NCBI GenBank assembly: GCA_018823325.1
Contig: JAHJIJ010000017.1
Span: forward strand, 3,696 to 35,695
DNA length: 32,000 bases
From: Alphaproteobacteria bacterium
GTDB taxonomy: Bacteria > Pseudomonadota > Alphaproteobacteria > Sphingomonadales > Sphingomonadaceae
Reading direction: 5' to 3'
How positions within the stretch are numbered: the first letter of the stretch is position 1; every line of letters begins with the position of its first letter. This document shows positions 24,924 to 32,000 of this stretch, piece after piece. Made by a program: the position numbers and the translations under genes. Below the pieces are notes generated by a model that did no database searches, was not told the origin of the DNA, and saw only the letters and a list, made by a program, of their open reading frames with translations.

Positions 24924-25139
24924 GATGGTGCCAACTGAACCGATCCCCTCACTTGCGAAATCTGAAGTTTAGGCGGCTTACGCTCGCCTAAGCCTTCGAT
25001 TTCGCTTTCTCCCCCACGATTGGGGGAGAGGAAGGCCAAGGCCGGCCGCGTCATCTCCTCTCCCCTTTTGGGAGAGGTTACAAAATCGAGGGCTTAGCCC
25101 GATGAGGGCTAAACCTCAGATTTTGTTGGAGAGGGGACC
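24924..25139. repeat. RIME-like mosaic repeat, copy A4 (inverted relative to A2/A3)
   Basis: Its reverse complement aligns along the full length of A3. Its first 94 nt match 1564-1657 of A1 with 2 mismatches by eye. Confidence 0.85.
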
Positions 25140-25219
25140 GACAAGGTGACCTCTGCGTCTTGCCCCCTGTGTGACGGTCGTGATTGGCTCCCGACCGTGA
25201 TCCACACTCTGAGTCCACG

Positions 25220-25236
25220 CATTCATTTGCCATTCA
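25220..25236. promoter_or_regulatory. Direct repeat CATTCA-N5-CATTCA upstream of the feuN-like gene
   Basis: 11-bp periodicity, as expected for an OmpR-family tandem site, ~55 nt upstream of ATG 25292. Purely sequence-based. Confidence 0.25.
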
Positions 25237-25291
25237 GACGCCTTGCGGTACATAATTTGCCAAAGTGGACGTCATCCAAGAAGAAGCAGCA

Positions 25292-25531
25292 ATGGCATCT
25301 TTCATGAAATACGCGGGCCTGGCACTGGCCGTGACCGTGGCGGCTCTGCCGGCGACGGTGGGCGATGCCGTGGCGGCGGATTGCAGACAAGCCGCGGAAC
25401 GCGTGGTCGCGGAAGTCGGCGGGCAGTTGCTTTCCGTGCACGAATCGGGCGGTGAATGCGTGATCGTCGTGCTCGTGCCGGGCAACGGCAACGAACGGCC
25501 GCGCAAGGTCACGATGCGGGTCGCCGAGTGA
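25292..25531 (+). CDS. Small exported protein, FeuN-like by position
   Basis: 79 aa. Signal peptide 'MASFMKYAGLALAVTVAALPATVGDAVA'. Immediately upstream of the response-regulator gene, as described for feuN in Sinorhizobium. Confidence 0.55.
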   Translation: MASFMKYAGLALAVTVAALPATVGDAVAADCRQAAERVVAEVGGQLLSVHESGGECVIVVLVPGNGNERPRKVTMRVAE

Positions 25532-25576
25532 CCCGCCTCCGGGATTGAAGAGCTTTCCGCACCGAGGGGTGAACGC

Positions 25577-26242
25577 ATGCGCATTCTCGTCGTCGAAGAC
25601 GATGTCAATCTGAACCGCCAGCTTGTCGAGGCCCTGCAGGAAGCGGGATATGTGGTCGACAAGGCTTTCGACGGCGAGGAAGGCCATTTCCTCGGCGAGA
25701 CCGAACCCTATGACGCCGTCATCCTCGACATCGGCCTTCCCGAGATGGACGGCATTACGGTGCTGGAGAAATGGCGCGCCGCAAGCCGGGTCATGCCGGT
25801 GCTGATCTTGACCGCGCGCGACCGCTGGTCGGACAAGGTGGCTGGCATCGATGCCGGTGCCGATGACTATGTCACCAAGCCTTTTCATGTCGAGGAAGTG
25901 CTCGCCCGTATCCGCGCCCTGATCCGCCGTGCGGCAGGCCATGCATCCTCGGAAATCGTCTGCGGCCCCGTCCGGCTCGACACCAAAAGCTCGAAAGCCA
26001 CCGTCGAAGGCGTGACGCTGAAGCTCACCTCGCATGAGTACCGGCTTCTGTCCTATCTCATGCACCATATGGGCGAGGTCGTGTCGCGGACTGAACTGGT
26101 CGAGCATCTCTACGACCAGGATTTCGACCGCGATTCCAACACGATCGAGGTCTTTGTCGGCCGTCTGCGCAAGAAGCTCGGCGTCGACATGATCGAGACC
26201 GTGCGCGGCCTCGGCTACCGAATCCAAGCCCCGGCGAAATGA
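25577..26242 (+). CDS. feuP: OmpR-family response regulator
   Basis: Receiver domain 'MRILVVEDD...DAVILDIGLPEMDG' plus a winged-helix C-terminus 'TIEVFVGRLRKKL...VRGLGYR'. Symbol is inferred from synteny with cycHJK. Confidence 0.85.
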   Translation: MRILVVEDDVNLNRQLVEALQEAGYVVDKAFDGEEGHFLGETEPYDAVILDIGLPEMDGITVLEKWRAASRVMPVLILTARDRWSDKVAGIDAGADDYVTKPFHVEEVLARIRALIRRAAGHASSEIVCGPVRLDTKSSKATVEGVTLKLTSHEYRLLSYLMHHMGEVVSRTELVEHLYDQDFDRDSNTIEVFVGRLRKKLGVDMIETVRGLGYRIQAPAK

Positions 26243-27633
26243 GGATCCGCTCGCTCACCGCGCGCGTCCTGATCCTCGCCACGCTCTGGTCGGCGCTGGC
26301 CCTGGTGACGATTGCGGTAGCGATTTCAGCCCTCTATCGCCAGGGTGTCGAGCGCGGATTCAACAATCTCCTGCGCGCCCAGCTCTATAACGTCGTCAAC
26401 TCGGTCTCGATCGGCGATAGCGACAGCCTGACCGGTTCGCCGGCGCTGGGTGATCTCCGGTTCTCCCAGCCAGCAACCGGTTGGTATTGGCTGGTTGAGC
26501 CGCTCGGCAACTATGCCACGGCACCGCTCGCCTCCGCCTCGCTCGGGGTCGCAAACCTGGCCGTCCCCGACGTGGACGCAACACCCTTCGACCAGAACTA
26601 CGAACGCTATTACGAAATGACGGATGATGTCGGTAACCAGATAAGGGTTGCCGAAACCGAAGTGGTGCTCGACGACCAGGGACGGGCGGCGCGCTTCCGC
26701 GTGTCTGGTAATCTACAGGTGGTCGAGGACGAGATCGCCTTTTTCACCAGCCGTCTTTATGCGGCTCTCGCGGTGGTTGGTATTGGCGGCCTCGTCGTCA
26801 ACGGACTTGCCATTCTCTATGGCCTGAAACCGCTCGACCGCGCGCGCCGGGCGCTGGAACGAATCCGACGTGGCGAGGCCGAGCGGATCGAAGGCGATTT
26901 CCCCAGCGAAGTTCAGCCGCTTGCCAACGAGATCAACGCGCTGATCGACAGCAACCGCCGCATTGTCGAGCGGGCCCGCATGCAGGTCGGCAATCTCGCC
27001 CATTCTCTGAAAACGCCAATCGCCGTGCTTTTGAACGAGGCGCGCACCCTGGAGAAGAACCAGGCCGAAGTCATCGCGACCCAGGCCGAGGCCATGCAGG
27101 CGCAGGTAAGCTCCTATCTGAACAGGGCGCGGATCGCAGCCCAGCGCGACAGCGTGCTGGCCCGCACCGAAGCGCAGCCCGTCATGGAGCGGCTGGCGCG
27201 GGTGATGCGCAAGCTGAACGCCGATATCGTGTTCGAACTCGATGTCGCGCCGGACCTGACCTTCGCGATGGAGCAGCAGGATGTCGAGGAAGTTGTCGGC
27301 AACCTGCTCGAAAACGCCTCCCGCTTTGCCCGAACCAAGGTCGTCACCCGGGCCGTGATGACGACCCGTGATGGCGACACGACCGACGGCCGGCGCGGCT
27401 GGATCGAGGTGGTGGTCGAAGATGACGGGCCGGGGCTTGCCCCCGACCAGATCGGCGAGGCGCTGAAGCGCGGCCGAAGGCTCGACGAGAGCAAGCCCGG
27501 CACGGGGCTCGGGCTGTCGATCGTCAAGGAGATTTCGGGGGAATATCAAGGCTCTTTCGGCCTGTCGCGCGCCGGCATCGGTGGGCTTCGCGCACAGTTG
27601 ATCCTACCAGCTGTGACCAAGGACACTGCGTGA
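26239..27633 (+). CDS. feuQ: Sensor histidine kinase (two TM, HAMP, HisKA, HATPase)
   Basis: H-box 'NLAHSLKTPIAVL', N-box 'VVGNLLENASRF', G-boxes 'VEDDGPGL' and 'GTGLGLSIV'. ATGA coupling with the regulator gene. Confidence 0.85.
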   Translation: MRIRSLTARVLILATLWSALALVTIAVAISALYRQGVERGFNNLLRAQLYNVVNSVSIGDSDSLTGSPALGDLRFSQPATGWYWLVEPLGNYATAPLASASLGVANLAVPDVDATPFDQNYERYYEMTDDVGNQIRVAETEVVLDDQGRAARFRVSGNLQVVEDEIAFFTSRLYAALAVVGIGGLVVNGLAILYGLKPLDRARRALERIRRGEAERIEGDFPSEVQPLANEINALIDSNRRIVERARMQVGNLAHSLKTPIAVLLNEARTLEKNQAEVIATQAEAMQAQVSSYLNRARIAAQRDSVLARTEAQPVMERLARVMRKLNADIVFELDVAPDLTFAMEQQDVEEVVGNLLENASRFARTKVVTRAVMTTRDGDTTDGRRGWIEVVVEDDGPGLAPDQIGEALKRGRRLDESKPGTGLGLSIVKEISGEYQGSFGLSRAGIGGLRAQLILPAVTKDTA

Positions 27634-27756
27634 TTGATTTTCCTGTGAAATTACATAGGTGTATAAGATGGCCTTGAGCCGGTCGAAGGCCGCGATCCGC
27701 TTCGCGCGAAACGATCGGCCTAGACAACAGAAATCGACGGGACTTGGAACGGTCTG

Positions 27757-28164
27757 ATGGGTGTGAAGCACTTCGGGATACTTGCAACCACTGGCCTCGT
27801 GTCGCTCGCGCTTGCGGGCTGCACCACTTCGGGCGGCGGACGCAGCGCAATCGCCAATTCCGCGGTCTATATTTCTGCCTTGCAGGGGGGCATCGTATCC
27901 CGGACTGGCGTCGAACTCTCGCGCAGCCAGACGCAGCGGGCGCTCGAAGCCGAATATCGCGCGCTTGAGGCTGCCCCCGGTGGCCAGCCTGTAATCTGGG
28001 CAGGCGGCGAGGTGCGTGGGGAGGTCATTGCAGCCGCCCCTTACCAGGTCGGCCAGCAGAACTGCCGCCAGTTCACCCACAAGGTTTTTACGGACGGGCG
28101 TGAACGCCAGGCCCGCGGCGCTGCCTGCCGCAACCCGAACGGCACCTGGACGCCGCTGAGCTGA
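27757..28164 (+). CDS. Lipoprotein, surface-antigen-like
   Basis: Lipobox 'LALAGC'. Conserved 'C..F......G.......AC...DG.W'-type C-terminus. Confidence 0.7.
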   Translation: MGVKHFGILATTGLVSLALAGCTTSGGGRSAIANSAVYISALQGGIVSRTGVELSRSQTQRALEAEYRALEAAPGGQPVIWAGGEVRGEVIAAAPYQVGQQNCRQFTHKVFTDGRERQARGAACRNPNGTWTPLS

Positions 28165-28345
28165 GGCGAACCCGGGGCTGCTGATCCCGAGGATTTCAAT
28201 CATTTGAACGCGCCTCCCACTTGACTTGGGTCAAGGCTGGGCGGGTTATGGTGACTTAGAGAATTCTTGCGGCCAAACGCCTCAACTTTCCGTCAGGCGA
28301 GGTTTGGCTGTTGGAAAGCACCTGTCCTTGACGTAATTGAGTTTC

Positions 28346-29566
28346 ATGTTGTTCTGGATCATCTCCGCGCTTCTGACGGTCCTTGTTGCCGTCGTCCTGC
28401 TGTCCCCCTTGCTGCGGGCTTCGGCCCGAGCGACGCGTTATGACGAAGGCGAGGCGGCGGTCTATCGCGACCAGCTGCGCGAGCTGGAGCGGGACAAGGC
28501 CGGGGGGCTTATTTCTCCCGAAGATGCCGATTATGCGCGCGCCGAAATCGGCCGTCGTCTGCTGGCGATCGCAGGTCGGGAGAAGGCCGATGGTGAAGGC
28601 GAGGGGAGCGAGCCCGCGGATGCCGCGGCGAAGCGTTCCGGCCGCCGTCGCTACACCTGGTCGCAAGCCTTCATCCTGCTCTGTCTTCCCGTGATCGGGC
28701 TTGCGGGCTATCTGGAAATCGGCAGCCCGGGCACACCCGATGCGCCGCTCGAAGCACGCATTGCCGACCCCGGCGACGATGTCGATCTGTTGGTGGCCAA
28801 GGTGGAGCGGCATCTCGCGACCACACCGGAAGACGGGAACGGCTGGAACGTTCTGGCGCCCGTCTATTTTCGTATTGGCCGCTATGACGATGCCGAGCTT
28901 GCCTTTCGCAATGCGATCCGCATTCTCGGGCCGGATGCCGAGCGTATGAACGGCCTCGGCGAGGCCGTTGTCATGCGCAATGACGGGATCGTCACCGACG
29001 ATGCCCAGATGGCCTTCCAGGCGGCGCTGAAGCTCGAACCCAACAATCCGCGTGCCGACTTCTATCTGGCGCTGGCGCTCGAGCAGTCCGGTCGCCGCGC
29101 CGAGGCGCTCACGGCCTTCCAGAACATCGCCAAGGCCTCGCCGCCGACGGCCCCCTGGATGCCACTGGTCAACCAGCATATTGCGGCCAACAGCGCCGGC
29201 GTGCCGCTTGTCGAACAGCCGGCACAGACTGCGCCGGAAGGCGAAGCTCAGGCTCAGAACCCGGCAGCCCCGGGCAACCCGACGGCCGAGGACGTTGCCA
29301 ATGCCGGAGCCATGTCGGAGGCTGATCGCGGCGAGATGATCCGCGGCATGGTAGCGAGCCTCGATGCACGGCTGAAGGAAGATCCGAATAATTTTGAAGG
29401 CTGGATGCGGCTTGTCCGCTCCTATGCGATGCTGAAAGACAAGGAACGGGCAGAAGCCGCGCTCAAGGAGGGCCTGAAAACCTTCCCGGCCGACGGCGCC
29501 GAGGGCCAGCAGCTGCTCGCAATGGCGAGGGAACTCGACCTGTCCGTTGAGGAGGTGAGCCAATGA
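28346..29566 (+). CDS. ccmI: Cytochrome c-type biogenesis protein CcmI (CycH)
   Basis: N-terminal TM '[23 protein letters not shown]', then '[11 protein letters not shown]' and C-terminal TPR-like repeats. Position upstream of ccmE/ccmF. The ORF also opens at TTG 28337. Confidence 0.85.
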   Translation: MLFWIISALLTVLVAVVLLSPLLRASARATRYDEGEAAVYRDQLRELERDKAGGLISPEDADYARAEIGRRLLAIAGREKADGEGEGSEPADAAAKRSGRRRYTWSQAFILLCLPVIGLAGYLEIGSPGTPDAPLEARIADPGDDVDLLVAKVERHLATTPEDGNGWNVLAPVYFRIGRYDDAELAFRNAIRILGPDAERMNGLGEAVVMRNDGIVTDDAQMAFQAALKLEPNNPRADFYLALALEQSGRRAEALTAFQNIAKASPPTAPWMPLVNQHIAANSAGVPLVEQPAQTAPEGEAQAQNPAAPGNPTAEDVANAGAMSEADRGEMIRGMVASLDARLKEDPNNFEGWMRLVRSYAMLKDKERAEAALKEGLKTFPADGAEGQQLLAMARELDLSVEEVSQ

Positions 29567-30015
29567 CCCGCAAACAGAAACGCCTGGCAGTGATTGGCGG
29601 TGGCATGGGTTTCATCCTGACCGCCGTGCTTCTGGTGATGTTCGCCTTTGGCCAGTCGATCGCCTATTTCTATGTGCCCAACGATCTTGCCGAATCCGAT
29701 GTCCAGCCGGGCACCCGCATCCGCCTCGGCGGACTGGTCGAGACGGGTTCGCTGGTGCGCGGAGAAGGCTCGACGGTAACCTTCACAGTGACCGACACCC
29801 TGAGCCAGTTGCCGGTGACCTATACCGGCATCCTCCCCGATCTCTTCCGCGAGGGGCAGGGGGTCGTCGCCGAAGGTCGCTTCGAGGGCATGGGCAAGGT
29901 GTTCGTCGCCGATACCGTTCTCGCCAAGCATGACGAGAACTATATGCCGAAGGACGTTGCGGATCGTCTGGAGGCGCAAGGGGTTCAACTGAGCGGCAAG
30001 GAGAAGATCCAATGA
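29563..30015 (+). CDS. ccmE: Cytochrome c maturation heme chaperone CcmE (CycJ)
   Basis: 150 aa. Membrane anchor plus '[11 protein letters not shown]' heme-binding His motif. Confidence 0.93.
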   Translation: MTRKQKRLAVIGGGMGFILTAVLLVMFAFGQSIAYFYVPNDLAESDVQPGTRIRLGGLVETGSLVRGEGSTVTFTVTDTLSQLPVTYTGILPDLFREGQGVVAEGRFEGMGKVFVADTVLAKHDENYMPKDVADRLEAQGVQLSGKEKIQ

Positions 30016-32000
30016 TCATCGAGCTTGGCCATTATGCCCTCGTTCTGGCGCTTGCCACCTGTCTCGTCGTCTCCATCCTGCCGGTGATCGGTGCGCGCCG
30101 CGGCGACGCGGCGATGATGGCGGTCGCGACCACCGGCACCTACGCGCTCTTCCTGCTCGTGGGCTTTTCCTTTGCGGTTCTGACCTACGGCTACGTCGTT
30201 TCCGACTTTTCGGTCCAGAACGTCTACGAGAACTCCCATTCGCTGAAGCCGATGATCTACAAGATCTCCGGCGTCTGGGGGAACCATGAAGGCTCAATGC
30301 TGCTCTGGGTGCTGATCCTGGCTTTCTTCAGCGCCATGGTCGCCTTTTTCGGTACCAACCTGCCGGACCGTCTGAGGGCGAATGTGCTGGCCGTGCAGGC
30401 CTGGATCACCGCCGCCTTCACGCTCTTCATCCTCTTGACCTCGAACCCCTTCATCCGGCTTTCGCCCATTCCCGCCGAGGGGCAGGACCTCAATCCGGTC
30501 CTGCAGGATATTGGCCTCGCGATACATCCGCCGCTGCTCTATCTCGGCTATGTCGGCTTCTCGGTCTGCTTCTCCTTTGCGATCGCTGCGCTGATGGACG
30601 GTCGCATCGATGCCGCCTGGGCGCGCTGGGTACGGCCCTGGACGCTGGCTGCCTGGGTGTTCCTGACCGCCGGCATCTCCATGGGCTCCTACTGGGCCTA
30701 TTACGAACTCGGCTGGGGCGGCTGGTGGTTCTGGGATCCTGTCGAAAACGCCTCGTTGTTGCCCTGGCTTGCGGGCACGGCGCTCCTGCATTCGGCGCTC
30801 GTGATGGAAAAGCGTGACGCTTTGAAAATCTGGACGGTGCTGCTCGCCATCATCGCCTTCTCGCTGTCGCTGCTCGGCACCTTCCTGGTGCGCTCCGGGG
30901 TTCTGACTTCGGTGCATGCCTTCGCCACAGACCCGACGCGCGGTGTTTTCATTCTCGGCATTCTCGTCATCTTCATCGGCGGCGCCTTCATGCTCTTTGC
31001 CCTGCGTGCGCCGCTTTTGAAGGCCGGCGGCTTGTTCCAGCCGATCTCGCGTGAAGGCGCGCTCGTCCTCAACAACCTGATCCTGACGGTGTCCACCGCC
31101 TCGGTGCTGATCGGCACGCTCTATCCGTTGTTGCTCGAGACGCTGACGGGCGAGAAGATCTCGGTCGGTCCGCCCTTCTTCAACATCACCTTCGGGCTTC
31201 TGATGATCCCGCTTCTGCTGGCGGTACCCTTTGGGCCGTTCCTCGCCTGGAAGCGCGGCGATCTGCTCGGCGCCTTGCAGCGCCTGTATGTGGCGGCGGC
31301 ACTTTCGCTCGTTCTCGGTCTCGGCCTCTGGTACGCCCAGAACGGCGGGCCCGTGATGGCCGTGGGCGGTCTCGCACTCGCTTTCTTCGTCATGGGCGGC
31401 GCGGTCTCCGATCTCTGGTATCGCGCCGGTTTCGGAAAACATCCGGTCGGCACGGCTTGGGCTCGGTTGAAGGGCCTGCCGCGCTCCGCCTTCGGTACGG
31501 CGCTCGGCCATTTCGGTGTCGGCGTCACGGTGCTCGGCGTCGTGGCTGTGACCACGTTCGAAACGGAAGCCGTGGTCGAGATGAAGCCTGGCATGACGGT
31601 GGAATCCGGTGGCTATGTCATCACCTTTGATGGCCTGCGCGCTGCCAACGGCCCGAACTACACCGAAGACCAGGGGCATTTCACCATCCGCGAGGGTGGT
31701 GTCGAAGTCGCCGATGTCTGGTCATCGAAGCGGCTCTATACGGCCCGCCAGATGCCGACGACAGAAGCCGGCATCGTCACCTTCGGCTTTAGTCAGCTTT
31801 ATGTCTCGCTGGGCGATCCGATGGCCGATGGCGGCATTGTCGTGCGGGTCTGGTGGAAGCCCTGGATCCTCTGCATCTGGTACGGCACGATCGTCATGAT
31901 GGTCGGTGGTGTCGTATCGCTGTCCGACCGCAGACTGCGGGTCGGTGCGCCGAAACGGGCCAAGGTGGCGGCAAAGCCGGTGCTGGAGGCTGCGGAGTGA
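30012..32000 (+). CDS. ccmF: Cytochrome c heme lyase subunit CcmF (CycK)
   Basis: 662 aa polytopic protein. '[13 protein letters not shown]' and the WWD-type '[20 protein letters not shown]' motif. Ends at the window edge with TGA. Confidence 0.93.
   Translation: MIIELGHYALVLALATCLVVSILPVIGARRGDAAMMAVATTGTYALFLLVGFSFAVLTYGYVVSDFSVQNVYENSHSLKPMIYKISGVWGNHEGSMLLWVLILAFFSAMVAFFGTNLPDRLRANVLAVQAWITAAFTLFILLTSNPFIRLSPIPAEGQDLNPVLQDIGLAIHPPLLYLGYVGFSVCFSFAIAALMDGRIDAAWARWVRPWTLAAWVFLTAGISMGSYWAYYELGWGGWWFWDPVENASLLPWLAGTALLHSALVMEKRDALKIWTVLLAIIAFSLSLLGTFLVRSGVLTSVHAFATDPTRGVFILGILVIFIGGAFMLFALRAPLLKAGGLFQPISREGALVLNNLILTVSTASVLIGTLYPLLLETLTGEKISVGPPFFNITFGLLMIPLLLAVPFGPFLAWKRGDLLGALQRLYVAAALSLVLGLGLWYAQNGGPVMAVGGLALAFFVMGGAVSDLWYRAGFGKHPVGTAWARLKGLPRSAFGTALGHFGVGVTVLGVVAVTTFETEAVVEMKPGMTVESGGYVITFDGLRAANGPNYTEDQGHFTIREGGVEVADVWSSKRLYTARQMPTTEAGIVTFGFSQLYVSLGDPMADGGIVVRVWWKPWILCIWYGTIVMMVGGVVSLSDRRLRVGAPKRAKVAAKPVLEAAE

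Noticed and set aside
28220-28235. Palindrome CTTGAC-N4-GTCAAG and a nearby imperfect hairpin (about 28272-28310) upstream of ccmI, considered as a promoter, sRNA or attenuator.
   Set aside because: Only a -35-like hexamer is recognisable, with no convincing -10 at proper spacing. The hairpin is imperfect and lacks a U-tract. The evidence is too thin to call.

Overview
High-GC alphaproteobacterial chromosome segment. RIME-like mosaic palindromes and a feuPQ-type two-component system next to cycH/J/K point to a Rhizobiaceae-type genome. Positions ~110-24914 carry a complete RcGTA-type gene transfer agent (GTA) head-tail cluster on the + strand: large terminase, portal, prohead protease, HK97-type capsid, connector, adaptor, DUF3168, major tail, two tail chaperones, a short tape measure, DUF2460, DUF2163, an NlpC/P60 peptidase and a 1259-aa host-specificity ('megatron') protein. 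I see no integrase, replication or lysogeny genes. All structural ORFs look full length, but the cluster is stretched to ~25 kb. Four gene junctions hold non-GTA cargo. (1) Terminase|portal: a DUF559 endonuclease bracketed by mosaic palindromes, a GH19 lysozyme-like gene, a Dabb protein, and a divergent alpha/beta-hydrolase/TetR pair. (2) Portal|protease: an AlkB-like dioxygenase and a 3-TM protein. (3) DUF3168|major tail: an AT-richer islet with an interrupted secreted-protein gene, an MNT-HEPN toxin-antitoxin pair and an MFS transporter. (4) Tape measure|DUF2460: vapBC. Nearly every remaining intergenic gap is filled by GC-rich hairpin repeats. Downstream lie a feuN-like gene, feuP and feuQ, a lipoprotein gene, and ccmI/ccmE/ccmF (cycH/J/K). 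No rRNA, tRNA or CRISPR array was seen. All calls rest on reading the ORF translations and the sequence by eye. No searches were run, and repeat boundaries are approximate.
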